From NCBI GenBank assembly GCA_963825315.1, contig CAWGST010000001.1, positions 270,556-334,555 of the forward strand: DNA of 64,000 nucleotides. Direction: 5' to 3'. Source of the DNA: an uncultured Verrucomicrobiae bacterium. Lineage in GTDB: Bacteria; Verrucomicrobiota; Verrucomicrobiia; Limisphaerales; Palsa-1400. The notes beneath the pieces were generated by a model. It saw nothing but the letters and a program-made list of their open reading frames with translations, was not told the origin of the DNA and searched no databases. Within the stretch, counting starts at the first letter, position 1, and each line of letters starts with the position of its first letter. The translations under genes and the position numbers were made by a program. This document shows positions 11,301-20,972 of the stretch, one piece after another.

Positions 11301-11468
11301 GCCGCCCGTCCGCCTTGCACGACCGCCCGCCCCTCCGGCGGTTGTGGTTTGACCAACATGCGGCAGCGACTGGCGGAAATTGGCGGCCGGTGCGAAATCC
11401 AAAGCGTCCCGGGTAGCGGTACGAAAGTGCAGTTCATCGTGCCGTTCAATGCCAAATCCAGCGCGTGA
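8398..11468 (+). pseudogene. Propeller/Y_Y_Y-type sensor histidine kinase (HisKA_3 + HATPase), reading frame broken near 10740-10750
   Basis: ORF 8236..10875 has a signal/TM segment, then many YLWVGT/LWIGT propeller repeats, then a Y_Y_Y-like region and the TM segment WFLVLSAAAIMAGAA. The H-box RSRIARDIHDDLGATLTRISLL and the ATPase domain (ORF 10890..11468) are in another frame that is open back through 10689. The ATG at 8398 (MSPMSRAM...) is the likely start. Confidence 0.75.
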
Positions 11469-11519
11469 CCGCCCTCCACTCCCCATTGCCTCCTTGTCCT
11501 CAGTATTGATGACGATACA

Positions 11520-12224
11520 ATGAACGATCTTTGCACTATCATCAGCAAGAATGTGAGTATTGCCGTGTCAATTGTCGATGACGACGAACCCGCGCGCCAT
11601 ATCCTGGCAGGATGGATCAACCGCGCCAAAGGATTCCATTGCGTGGGCGAGCATGGCTCCGCGGAAAGCGCGCTGGAGCATCTCTGCCAGGAAAAGCCCG
11701 AAGTGGTCCTGATGGACATCAACCTCCCCAGACTCAGCGGCATCGAGTGTGTGCGCCAATTGAAGCTGCAATTACCCGGCACCCAGTTCGTCATGCTCAC
11801 CGTCTATGAGGACGCCGACCATATCTTCAATGCCTTGTCCGCGGGCGCCAGCGGTTATCTGCTCAAACGCACTTCCCGCGAACATTTGCTCGCCGCGCTT
11901 TTGGATGTTCACGCCGGCGGTTCTCCCATGACCAGCAGCATCGCCAGGAAAATCGTGCAATCCTTTCGCCAAACGCCGTCCAGCATCTCCGCGGCGCCCG
12001 AACTCTCCCAGCGCGAGCAGGAGGTGTTGGGGCTGTTGGCCCGCGGCTATGCCGGCAAGGAGATTGCCAGCGCCTTGGGCATCAGCGTCACGACCGTCAG
12101 CACCTATGTCCGTCGCATCTATGAGAAGCTGCATGTCCATTCGCGCGCCCAGGCCGTGGCCACCTACGCCCAAATCAACCTCGATGAGAGCCGCTGGCAC
12201 AGGCGTTCTTTAAGGCCTGGTTGA
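11520..12224 (+). CDS. NarL/LuxR-family two-component response regulator
   Basis: Receiver domain (VDDDEP...VVLMDINLP...) plus a C-terminal LuxR HTH (LSQREQEVLGLLARGYAGKEIASALGISVTTVSTYVRRIYEKLHV). It lies directly downstream of the kinase. Confidence 0.85.
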   Translation: MNDLCTIISKNVSIAVSIVDDDEPARHILAGWINRAKGFHCVGEHGSAESALEHLCQEKPEVVLMDINLPRLSGIECVRQLKLQLPGTQFVMLTVYEDADHIFNALSAGASGYLLKRTSREHLLAALLDVHAGGSPMTSSIARKIVQSFRQTPSSISAAPELSQREQEVLGLLARGYAGKEIASALGISVTTVSTYVRRIYEKLHVHSRAQAVATYAQINLDESRWHRRSLRPG

Positions 12225-12577
12225 GGACAGACCGGCGCTCGGATTGCCAACGCGGAGGAACGGATGGCGCGGTTGACCGCCTTCTTATCCCCGCAGAACG
12301 CCAGGTAGCCCCCCGCCATCGCCAGCTTCCATTCCCACCCTCCCTCCCTTTGTCCTCTGTTTAGAGGACTATACAGTCTTCCATTTCTGTTTAATAATAC
12401 CATCAATGAAGCTCATGTCCATCGTCGTCAAAGTCGGCCGCGAAAACGCCCTGTCCGGTCACGTCCGGCAGCCAGCGGGACGTGTCAACCGCAACCAACA
12501 ACAGACTCCAGCCAGACAAAAACAATTGACAAAACACCTCTCGGTCTAAAAAGCGAAACTATCACCCCAAAATTCTT

Positions 12578-15500
12578 ATGAAAAAAAACATACTAATGAT
12601 ACTCGGAATGCTCGGCCTGGGCGTTGCAGCCGCGCACGCGCAAATTATAATTGACTCTTGGGAATCCACAGCCGATATAGCCCAGTGGACGATCCTTGAA
12701 CCGAGCGCCTGGACCAGTTTGGGATTGAGCACCACAGGAGTGACCGCCGGCTCCTACAGTTGGGGATTGAGCGCGTCCGCCGTTGATTACAACCCCGCGT
12801 TGCAAGGACCAGCCAGCACGGCCCTGACCACGGCGATGCTCAATGCCGCTTCCGTCAGTTTGGATTTAGATTTGGCAGGTGACCATTTTAGTTGGGGCAT
12901 CCAGATCGACCTCGAGATCACCCAGCCGGGTGGCGCCAACGGTGGTAATCCGATTGACTTGACCTCTGGCGACTACCTGGGTGATTATAGCGGCCTCGGC
13001 GAAGCCACCATCACATGGCCAGTTCCGCCGTCCACCATAGCCGCATTGAGCGTGCATCCAACTCTGCCCACCTATTTCACTTTTAGGATTGGCGGCGGCG
13101 GTGATGGGATTATGTATATAGACAATCTCCGGGTCACGCCCATAGGGTTGCTTTCCTCTTGGGAAAGCACAGCCGAGATAGCCTCGTGGACGATCCTTGA
13201 ACCAACCGCCTGGACCAGTTTGGGATTGAGCACCAACGGAGTGACCTCCGGCTCCTACAGTTGGGGATTGAGCGCGTCCGCCGTCGATTACAACCCCGCG
13301 TTGCAAGGACCATCCAGCACGGCCCTGACCGCAGCGATAGCCAATTCCTCTGCGGTCAGTTTGGATTTGGATTTGGCAGGTGACCATTTTAGTTGGGGCA
13401 TCCAGATTGACCTCGAGATCACCCAGCCGGGTGGCGCGAACGGTGGTAATCCGATTGACTTTACCTCTGGCGACTACCTGGGTGATTATAGCGGCCTCGG
13501 CGAAGCCACCATCACATGGCCGGTTCCGCAATCCGCCAGGACTGCTTTGGACGCCTATCCATCTCTGCCCTCCTATTTGACTTTTAGGATTGGCGGCGGC
13601 GGTGATGGGATTATGTATATAGACAACCTTCGGGCGACCGTGCTGCCTCCCGCTCCCGCCCAGCTCGCGGTTCGTGAACTATGGGACGACATCGCCGCTG
13701 AACAAAATCCCACCGCGGCGAGCATCACCGATAATACTTCGTCTCTTGGCTTTGTGTCTGCCTCCCCATGGGTTCCCAACCCGGCCGAAAGTGGCCTTAA
13801 CGGAACCGTCAACAACACCGGATTGATGGAGTTTCGCCCAGGTTTTTACTTTGAGGAACTGAGCCTCGACATGGGGTTGCCCGGATCTCTTGACGGGACG
13901 GGTGGATGCATGGTGCAGGAAAATGGCTGGGGCGGCTCCTATTTCCCGGCAACTGGCGGGGGTAGTTTTTGGACCTCCGGGGACTGGATGACAAGACCCC
14001 TTGCTCCCAACAACTACATCAATTTTAAAGCTGTGGGAGAATATTGGTTCTCGATGAGTGTGCAAGAATTTTCGTCGGATTCACAATACGTTATATTCCC
14101 CTCTTCGGGAGGCTGTGGCTTCGGTTTTTCCGACGGCCCCACCACCAACGCCGACTTTGTCGCGGTTGGGCTGACGCCCCTCCATCTTTACCTCGGCCCG
14201 GGTAAGACAAACGCCAGTTCATCCGTTTATGTTTCCACCGGCACCTTGGGCCAGCCCGGCGATCCCTACTCGGTGAGCAACTACAATCCGACCAACGATC
14301 CGGCTTATCTCGGGCTATATACCGGTGGGATATATACGAATGCGCCTTTTTCGGAGACCAACTTCACCGGTGGGCCGTACTACGTCAGCGCTTTCGGCGC
14401 CGCCAGCCAGGGCGACGCCTTTGATGCCACTGATAATGGCATGGTGGTGCTGGGACACCTCAAAACTTGCGCGGACGGCGTGCCCGGCAGCGGCAACGCC
14501 ACCTTGGACGCCAAATTCTATTATTACAACGCTCCAAATGGCTATAACAACGCCATGGACCTTACAACCAATAACATCCAGTGGGACGTAACCGGCTATG
14601 CGTTTAATTTCGGCGGCACCATGACAGAAATGCTGCTGTTTGAGAATGGCCAGTTTTCGACCTATGTTGACGGCTTCCGTGCCGGCACCAGCTTTACCAA
14701 TGTCGTGGGCATTGATGCCGGACGCATTGGGGCTTCGCCATTGGCCAATACTTATGCTGGTTATCCCATCATTCTGACCAACTACACGGTTGAAGCCAAT
14801 CCCAATTCCTTTTACCCGGCGCTGGGAGGAGGTTACGGAACGCTGACCTACCAATGGTACAAAAATGGCACGTCGCCCGCCAATGCGATCTCTGGCGCCC
14901 AATCATCAGTTTACAACGCCATCACCAGCGCCCAGTTGGGCGACGCCGGCACCTATTACTGCATAGCGGGAGATTATTCCGGGCAATGGGGAACAGTCAC
15001 CAACTCCATTGTCATCTCTGTCACAAATCTGGCCCCGCCCACCGTGGCCAGCGTGCAGATGTTCCATGACAGCACCACCTTCCAAGTTACCTTCAGCGAG
15101 CCTAATCTTCTCGGTGTAGGGACGAATACTCATTATGTGTTCAACCACGGAGTCGTCGTCACCAATGTCAACGTCGTTGGAGGCGCCACCTCGACCTTGG
15201 TCCAACTCCAGACCACCACCCTGCCGGTGGGAACCAAGATAACATTGACCATCAGCGACGTAACCAATGCGGTGGGAGGCACCCTGAACGGCGCCGTTGA
15301 TACAACGAATCTAACCTTCTGGACGGATCTCATCCAGACCGGCGTTGCCAACTGGCAAGGCTGGGTGACTGCTACTTCTGAGGGCTGCGGGTACTATTTC
15401 GGCACATGGCTCCCCGCCAACCCTTTGCCCCCCATCCTCCAGACCATCCAAGTCACCAGTTGGAGTGGTGTTAGCAGTGGCGTCACCATCGTGGGCGGCG

Positions 15501-16366
15501 ATGGCAACGCCGGCGAGAATATCGGCGACATCATGACCGGTTGGTTCATTCCGCCAGTCACAGGCGATTATGTGTTCTTCGTCAGTTGCGACGACGGTGG
15601 CCGGCTGTCCCTGAGCACAAACTCGAGCTTCACCAATATGTTTGTCATCGCGGCTGATAACGACTGGAATGGCCTGAACGAATGGACGAATATGTCGGAC
15701 GAGTATCAGACTCAGCCGCATCGTGGAGATGGCACCGCCACCGGCGTTGACAGTGTCGCCAACTACCTCTGGGATAACTCAGTGGCGGAGGGATCGCCCG
15801 CAACTGCCTGCGATCAAAATCGCTCCGATCAGTTTATTGTCGCCTACTTCGACGCCTTAAATGGGGGGCTTGGATTGCCCTATGAGCCGGCAGGCGCGAC
15901 GTTGGCGGAACAAGCTCAATGGGCTTCCACCGGAGATGCCTACCAGGGGGCGCTGACCATGGTCATCACGGCAACCAACTTCTGGCCGAAGACAAATGCC
16001 TGGGGCCAGGCTGAGATCACCCTCACCGCCGGCAATTATTATGCCATGCAGATGGAACACATGAATAATACCTCAGGCTACAACGACAGCGTCACCTATA
16101 AGCTTGCGAGCGATCCGGATCCGCTGTCACCATCAGCGAGCACTCTGACTGGCAGCGTAATTGCGGGCCTGGTGCCGTTCACGCCGACCATATCGATCTC
16201 CGCTGGTCCGCCAGTGGTGATCACTTACACGGGGGTGTTGCTCTCCAGCACGTCCGCGGGGGGGCCATACACGCCCGTGGTGCCGGCACAACAATCGTCA
16301 GGAGGCTCGTCAACGTACACGCCTCCGGCCGCAAGCCCGGCGTTGTTCTATATAACCAGTGAATAG
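12578..16366 (+). CDS. Large secreted multidomain protein: 2 tandem CBM-like jelly-roll modules, an Ig-like domain and a PA14-like domain
   Basis: 1262-aa ORF with signal peptide MKKNILMILGMLGLGVAAAHA. Two ~169-aa near-identical modules end in GIMYIDNLR. There is an Ig-like segment (YQWYKNG...GDAGTYYCIA) and a PA14-like segment (MTGWFIPPVTGDYVFFVSCDDGGRLSLS). Confidence 0.8.
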   Translation: MKKNILMILGMLGLGVAAAHAQIIIDSWESTADIAQWTILEPSAWTSLGLSTTGVTAGSYSWGLSASAVDYNPALQGPASTALTTAMLNAASVSLDLDLAGDHFSWGIQIDLEITQPGGANGGNPIDLTSGDYLGDYSGLGEATITWPVPPSTIAALSVHPTLPTYFTFRIGGGGDGIMYIDNLRVTPIGLLSSWESTAEIASWTILEPTAWTSLGLSTNGVTSGSYSWGLSASAVDYNPALQGPSSTALTAAIANSSAVSLDLDLAGDHFSWGIQIDLEITQPGGANGGNPIDFTSGDYLGDYSGLGEATITWPVPQSARTALDAYPSLPSYLTFRIGGGGDGIMYIDNLRATVLPPAPAQLAVRELWDDIAAEQNPTAASITDNTSSLGFVSASPWVPNPAESGLNGTVNNTGLMEFRPGFYFEELSLDMGLPGSLDGTGGCMVQENGWGGSYFPATGGGSFWTSGDWMTRPLAPNNYINFKAVGEYWFSMSVQEFSSDSQYVIFPSSGGCGFGFSDGPTTNADFVAVGLTPLHLYLGPGKTNASSSVYVSTGTLGQPGDPYSVSNYNPTNDPAYLGLYTGGIYTNAPFSETNFTGGPYYVSAFGAASQGDAFDATDNGMVVLGHLKTCADGVPGSGNATLDAKFYYYNAPNGYNNAMDLTTNNIQWDVTGYAFNFGGTMTEMLLFENGQFSTYVDGFRAGTSFTNVVGIDAGRIGASPLANTYAGYPIILTNYTVEANPNSFYPALGGGYGTLTYQWYKNGTSPANAISGAQSSVYNAITSAQLGDAGTYYCIAGDYSGQWGTVTNSIVISVTNLAPPTVASVQMFHDSTTFQVTFSEPNLLGVGTNTHYVFNHGVVVTNVNVVGGATSTLVQLQTTTLPVGTKITLTISDVTNAVGGTLNGAVDTTNLTFWTDLIQTGVANWQGWVTATSEGCGYYFGTWLPANPLPPILQTIQVTSWSGVSSGVTIVGGDGNAGENIGDIMTGWFIPPVTGDYVFFVSCDDGGRLSLSTNSSFTNMFVIAADNDWNGLNEWTNMSDEYQTQPHRGDGTATGVDSVANYLWDNSVAEGSPATACDQNRSDQFIVAYFDALNGGLGLPYEPAGATLAEQAQWASTGDAYQGALTMVITATNFWPKTNAWGQAEITLTAGNYYAMQMEHMNNTSGYNDSVTYKLASDPDPLSPSASTLTGSVIAGLVPFTPTISISAGPPVVITYTGVLLSSTSAGGPYTPVVPAQQSSGGSSTYTPPAASPALFYITSE
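12653..13666 (+). repeat. Intragenic tandem duplication, 2 x ~507 bp
   Basis: Units at about 12653-13159 and 13160-13666 are near-identical by eye at both the nucleotide and protein level (SWESTA.IA.WTILEP.AWTSLGLST.GVT.GSYSWGLSASAVDYNPALQGP...). Confidence 0.85.
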
Positions 16367-16386
16367 CGGGCTTGGCCGTTCTGAAA

Positions 16387-16418
16387 GCGTCCGAGGGCAA
16401 ATCCCTCGGGCGCTTTCC
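16387..16418 (+). terminator. Terminator-like hairpin after the large secreted protein gene
   Basis: agcgtccgaggg (16387-16398), loop caaat, then ccctcgggcgct (16404-16415), giving a 12-bp stem with one G-U pair. It is followed by ttccc, so the T-tail is weak. Confidence 0.4.
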
Positions 16419-16470
16419 CGGCAAAAGCCTCTGGTAATCATGTAATCGTTTTAGCGAATTGAAGATTTTT

Positions 16471-17373
16471 ATGGAAAAGAATTGCAGGACTGCTTTCCCT
16501 CTCCGGGAAGCCCTTCCCGTCGGGGGGCGCACCCGGAGCGGGGCCTTTACTTTGATCGAACTTCTGGTCGTCATCGCCATCATCGCCATTCTGGCCGCGA
16601 TACTGCTCCCGGCGCTGGCCAAAGCCAAGCAGCAGGGCCAGGGCGCCAAGTGCCAGAGCAATCTCAAACAACTTCAGTACGGGTGGCTTATGTACATTGA
16701 CGACAACAACAACAAAATCCCCCAGAATATCGCCAGCGATTACCCCGGCTTTCCGGGCACTCCGACGTCACCGAACTGCTTGTCCGGCCAGGCTGATGCC
16801 AGTTGGGTTTTGGGTGATGTCAGTGCATACCCCCCCACCACCGCCAGCACCAATCTGCTCTGCATCACAGAAGGGCTTATCTATCCCTACGTGAACGGAA
16901 CCCTTGTTTACAAATGTCCGGCGGATACAGGACCAAAGGCCCATCCAGGAATGCAGCATATCCGCAGCTATTCCGCGAATTGTTGGATGGATGGACTAAA
17001 CACAACCACGCCGAACTACGGTTGGAACAACGCATGTTACAACTACTTTAAGGTGTCATCGATTACCCTGCCGATGACGATGGCCTTTGTGTTCCTTGAT
17101 GAAAATCCCAACTCGATCAATGACGGTTTCTGGGCGTCGGTGCCAAACCAGCCCGAGGAATGGATAGACTTGCCCGCGATGTACCATAACAATGCCAGCG
17201 AGCTGTCATTCGCCGACGGTCATGTGGAGGTTAGAAAGTGGACAGACATAAACATTCTTACGGGTATTGATAACGGAAAAAACCCTACTACAGCGAATCC
17301 AATTAATGGCCCGGACTGCCCTTGGATGCAAGCGAGAGAGACGACAGTCATACCTCGCGGCAGCCAGCAGTAA
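16471..17373 (+). CDS. Prepilin-type N-terminal cleavage/methylation domain protein of the H-X9-DG type (pseudopilin-like)
   Basis: [26 protein letters not shown] is a class III signal/methylation motif. The C-terminal [16 protein letters not shown] fits H-X9-DG exactly. ATG at 16471, with an upstream TTG at 16459. Confidence 0.85.
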   Translation: MEKNCRTAFPLREALPVGGRTRSGAFTLIELLVVIAIIAILAAILLPALAKAKQQGQGAKCQSNLKQLQYGWLMYIDDNNNKIPQNIASDYPGFPGTPTSPNCLSGQADASWVLGDVSAYPPTTASTNLLCITEGLIYPYVNGTLVYKCPADTGPKAHPGMQHIRSYSANCWMDGLNTTTPNYGWNNACYNYFKVSSITLPMTMAFVFLDENPNSINDGFWASVPNQPEEWIDLPAMYHNNASELSFADGHVEVRKWTDINILTGIDNGKNPTTANPINGPDCPWMQARETTVIPRGSQQ

Positions 17374-17482
17374 TTTGTTGCTTGCCCTTGTTTTTCGGCC
17401 AGCCGAACCGCCGGCAATTGTCGGCGGTGGGTATGAATTGACCGTGCCGGAATCAGAGACGCGTCAGCACGTCTGCCTCGGC

Positions 17483-17967
17483 ATGGCCAAAGGACACCTG
17501 CACGATGACGCTGGCGCCCTGGCCGAGTTTGCCGAGGCGGTGTGCGCTTGAAGCCTGATTTGCTGGTGACGCGCCTCAATTTCGGAATCGCGCTGTTTAA
17601 CCAACATCGTGACGGCGACGACGCCCGCCAATTCGAAACCGTCTTGCGCGGTGCTTCCACCAATCAGATCGCCTTGGCCTATCTCAGCCTGTTGCAACAA
17701 CGCCAGTCCCCCCGGCCAAACCCAATGAACCCGCCGGCTTCAACTCAAATCCGCTTGAGTCCTTCCCAGTTGACGAACGAACCGGTCATGACGCAACATG
17801 TTTCGCGTCTGGTGAGAAAGAAGGAAAAGGACTTATATTATTTGTTCCCGGGTCAGGGGCATGGAAAGCGGAAGCGTTTTTTCAAGCACCTGCTGGTGGG
17901 GCTTGTCGTCGGTCTGATCACGGCGGCATTGTTGGCCGTGTTGCTTTATGTCATTTCTGAGTCGTAG
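17483..17967 (+). pseudogene. Small TPR-like protein with C-terminal TM anchor, possible frame break near 17541
   Basis: Frame A ends ...GALAEFAEAVCA*. Frame B (ORF 17542..17967) continues LKPDLLVTRLNFGIALFNQHRDGDDARQFETVLR. Removing the t in gtgtgcgc would give AEAVRLKPDL, a typical TPR junction. The C-terminal segment LLVGLVVGLITAALLAVLLYVI is hydrophobic. Weak call. Confidence 0.3.
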
Positions 17968-18009
17968 CGTCGCATGTCCTGATTTTGAAGCCAGGGGCTG
18001 ATGTGAGAG

Positions 18010-18252
18010 TCAATCCTCCTGGCGCGACCAGAAATAAATGCCCGCAATGATGCCAATGGCGGCCAGACTCATCCAGAAAGCGGATGTGATCAGCCAGGAA
18101 ACGGCAATGAGAGCAACGCCGCCCACAAGAGGGGGTCCCGAACGCTGCTTCTTTCCGTAAAGCCAGAAACCGCCCCCGACGGCGCTCCAGAATAGGGAGG
18201 CAAGCAGGTAGCTGGCATCGAGTTTAAACGGGAGGATGTGATCCAGGTCCAT
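18010..18252 (-). CDS. Small integral membrane protein (hypothetical)
   Basis: Part of ORF 18010..18312. The internal ATG at 18252 (MDLDHILPF...) avoids overlap with recG and with the hexamer array. Two to three hydrophobic segments. Confidence 0.45.
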   Translation of the reverse strand: MDLDHILPFKLDASYLLASLFWSAVGGGFWLYGKKQRSGPPLVGGVALIAVSWLITSAFWMSLAAIGIIAGIYFWSRQED

Positions 18253-18276
18253 GATTAAGATTAGGATTAGGAATAG
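18253..18276. repeat. GATTAR hexamer array, 4 units
   Basis: gattaa gattag gattag gaatag, directly abutting the ATG (18250-18252) of the minus-strand membrane gene and 12 nt from the recG stop. Confidence 0.85.
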
Positions 18277-18287
18277 GAAAACGCCAA

Positions 18288-20291
18288 CTAAAAGGCAGGA
18301 TGCGCGCCCCATCCCGGCCTGAAATGCTCCCGGACCAAGGCCCGGGCGCGCTCGACCAACACCCGGTCTTGCGCCAAATCGCCGAAGCGCAAGGGCGGCG
18401 CGCCGCTCTGCTGCCGCCCCAGCAATTCCCCGGGACCGCGCAGCCTCAAATCTTCCTCGGCAATGCGAAAACCATCCGTGGTTTCTTCAAGGATTTTCAA
18501 CCGCCGCGCCGCCTCCTCCGTCTTGACGCCGGCGATGAGAATGCAATAGGACTCCGCCGCTCCCCGGCCGATCCTGCCCCGCAATTGGTGCAATTGCGCC
18601 AGGCCGAATTGTTCCGCGTTTTCGATCAGCATCAGGGTCGCGTTGCCCACGTCCACCCCCACCTCGATGATGGACGTCGCCAAAAGCAATTGCGTTTCGT
18701 TGGCGCGAAAGGCCGCCATGACCCGGTCTTTTTGTCCGTCTTTCAGGCGCCCGTGCAAAAGGCCCATTTGCCAGGGGGCGAAAATCTTTTGCAAATGTTC
18801 AAGTTCTTTTGTGACCGCTTTTATTCCGGCTGTCGAATCGGCCTCTTCCAGGCGGGAATAGACGATGTAACCCTGCCGTCCCAGGGCCAGTTGCTCGCGC
18901 ATGAATTTCCAAACCTTCGGCAGGCTCCCGCCATCGCGCACAAACGTTTTGATCCGGCCGCGCCCGGGCGGGCTTTGGTCAATGACCGATATTTCCAAAT
19001 CACCATACAATGTCAGCCCCAGAGTGCGCGGGATCGGTGTCGCCGTCATGACCAGCAGATGAGGATAAGTTCCCTTGCGCAATAATTCCTCGCGTTGCAC
19101 GACGCCAAACTTGTGTTGTTCATCAATGATGACCAGACCGAGTTTCTCCGGCGAAAACGTCTCCTGCAAAAGCGCGTGCGTGCCGATGAAAAGCGTCGGC
19201 GCGGCGAAGAGGCCGGGTTGGGCCGCCGCGTCAGACTGGCGCGTGCTGGCGGTGCGCAATTCCACCCTGACCCCCAGCGGCTCCAGCCACCGCCGAAACG
19301 TCCGGTCATGTTGCGCGGCCAGAATTTCGGTCGGCGCCATCAAGGCCGCGTTGGCCCCGCTTTCCAGGGCCATCAGCGCCGCGCAGGCCGCGACCACCGT
19401 TTTGCCCGAGCCCACGTCGCCTTGCAGCAACCGCCGCATCGGCAGCGGTCCGGCCATGTCCCGCCGGATTTCCCGCAGCACCCGGGTTTGGGCCTCTGTC
19501 AAGTGGAATCCCAGCGCGGCCAGCAGCGGCTTGATCCAATGATTGTCACCCGCGCAAGGAAAGGCCCTGGCGTTTTTTTCCAGGTTCTTGCGGCGCCGGT
19601 GAATGGCTTCCTGCAATTCAACGAACTCATCCAGGGCCAGCCGCGCGCGCCCCATTTCGATGTCGCTCATCTCTTCCGGAAAATGAATCCGCTTCAGGGC
19701 GTCGGCGCGCGCGGGCGTCAGCGCCAGCTCCGGATGCGGCTCGGCGACGGCGGGCGCGAATTCTTCCACCAACCGCCAGAGCAAAGACCGCAGCCAGCGC
19801 TGGGGCAATCCTTCCGTCAATGGATAAATCGGCGCGATCCGGTTCAAGTGAATCGATGCCCCCAATTCGGGCACCACTTCCGTTTCAGGATGATCGATGG
19901 TGCGGGGGCGCAGGGAGACCGGTTTGCCGAACACGACCACTTCGTCGCCCGTCTTGAAATACTTTTCCATGAACGGCAGATTCCACCACCGGCAATGCAG
20001 CCGTCCGCTGCCGTCCTCCAGAATAAATTCAAACACCGAACGTCCGCCGCCGCGCCAGCGTTTCAATCCGGCTGCCACAATCCGGCCGCGGATCAGCGCC
20101 GGCTCCTGCAATCGCAAGTCCGCGACGCGCTGAAAATGGCGGCGGTCCTCGTAGCGGCGCGGCCGGTGCAGGAGCGCGTCCTCCACCGTGCGCAATTCGA
20201 GCCGCAGCAATTGGGCCGCGCGTTCCGGGCCGACGCCGCGCAATTCACTGAGCGGCATCAGCAACGGGTTTGGCAAATTTGACACACCCAA
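18288..20291 (-). CDS. recG: ATP-dependent DNA helicase RecG
   Basis: 667-aa ORF with Walker A DVGSGKTVVA, DEQHKFG, TATPIPRTL and QLHQLRGRIGRG motifs, plus a wedge-domain-like N-terminus. Confidence 0.9.
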   Translation of the reverse strand: MGVSNLPNPLLMPLSELRGVGPERAAQLLRLELRTVEDALLHRPRRYEDRRHFQRVADLRLQEPALIRGRIVAAGLKRWRGGGRSVFEFILEDGSGRLHCRWWNLPFMEKYFKTGDEVVVFGKPVSLRPRTIDHPETEVVPELGASIHLNRIAPIYPLTEGLPQRWLRSLLWRLVEEFAPAVAEPHPELALTPARADALKRIHFPEEMSDIEMGRARLALDEFVELQEAIHRRRKNLEKNARAFPCAGDNHWIKPLLAALGFHLTEAQTRVLREIRRDMAGPLPMRRLLQGDVGSGKTVVAACAALMALESGANAALMAPTEILAAQHDRTFRRWLEPLGVRVELRTASTRQSDAAAQPGLFAAPTLFIGTHALLQETFSPEKLGLVIIDEQHKFGVVQREELLRKGTYPHLLVMTATPIPRTLGLTLYGDLEISVIDQSPPGRGRIKTFVRDGGSLPKVWKFMREQLALGRQGYIVYSRLEEADSTAGIKAVTKELEHLQKIFAPWQMGLLHGRLKDGQKDRVMAAFRANETQLLLATSIIEVGVDVGNATLMLIENAEQFGLAQLHQLRGRIGRGAAESYCILIAGVKTEEAARRLKILEETTDGFRIAEEDLRLRGPGELLGRQQSGAPPLRFGDLAQDRVLVERARALVREHFRPGWGAHPAF

Positions 20292-20318
20292 CTAATAGAA
20301 GACGAACCCCAAATTTTG

Positions 20319-20346
20319 AACTTTAAACTTTAAACTCCGAACTTTC
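20319..20346. repeat. Heptamer tandem array (AACTTTA-like) x4
   Basis: aacttta aacttta aactccg aactttc, in the divergent intergenic region between recG (-) and ORF 20363 (+). Confidence 0.8.
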
Positions 20347-20362
20347 CCCATACCCTGTCGTC

Positions 20363-20965
20363 ATGGCAGAATCGTTGCCCGACCGCCTTTGGAAGGAATA
20401 CAGTCTGGCTTTTGAAGAGTTCGATGATTTGACGCTGGCCCGCTGGCTGGCCCAAACCCTCAGTCAATTGCAGGGTCGAATCTGGCGGTTTTCTCATCCG
20501 CTGATCGGCGCTTACCGGCTGGCGGCCGAACTGGCCCATCGCCGCCAGATTTGGCTCAAGCGTCTGGCCAATGTCCCGGCCGGCTTTGCCCCGGCCCCCT
20601 GCTGCCGCGCTCCCACTCTGCCCCTGTTCAGCCGCGACATCCTGCAGAGCGGTTTGATCTGTCAGCATTGTTCGGAGACTCTGGTGCCCTTTGAAGAACT
20701 GCCCGCGGACCTGCAACCGCCCCTTCAGCGCTGGGTGGACGACTACGCCGCCGTCCATGCCGTGGCGCATTGGGACGATCACCAGCGCAAGAGCGTGGCC
20801 GATTACGACCAGGCCTGCGACGACGCGGCGGCCAAAGCCGAAACACTTTTGGCCTTTGCCGCCAACCGGTTGCTGCCGCGCTTCCTGGATCATTATGCGG
20901 CCATCCTCTGGGAGGACCAGGACGAGTGCCTGGAGGTCCTGCCGGAAGACATTGTCCTGTCATGA
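20363..20965 (+). CDS. Hypothetical protein with a Cys cluster (CC...CxxC)
   Basis: 200-aa ORF with protein-like composition. I recognise no family. Cysteines occur at PCCRAP and CQHCSE. Confidence 0.5.
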   Translation: MAESLPDRLWKEYSLAFEEFDDLTLARWLAQTLSQLQGRIWRFSHPLIGAYRLAAELAHRRQIWLKRLANVPAGFAPAPCCRAPTLPLFSRDILQSGLICQHCSETLVPFEELPADLQPPLQRWVDDYAAVHAVAHWDDHQRKSVADYDQACDDAAAKAETLLAFAANRLLPRFLDHYAAILWEDQDECLEVLPEDIVLS

Positions 20966-20972
20966 AAATCTT

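Noticed and set aside
12225-12577. Similar 18-mers CCTTGTCCTCAGTATTGA (about 11490) and CTTTGTCCTCTGTTTAGA (about 12347) flanking the response regulator gene, as possible regulator binding sites
   Set aside because: There are only two imperfect copies (about 14 of 18 matching). The second is part of a small hairpin (gtcctct/agaggac). The evidence is too weak to call without genome-wide motif statistics.
19095-20282. 395-aa plus-strand ORF antisense to recG
   Set aside because: It is a shadow ORF of a confidently identified helicase gene. Its composition is low-complexity and R/G/P/Q-rich.
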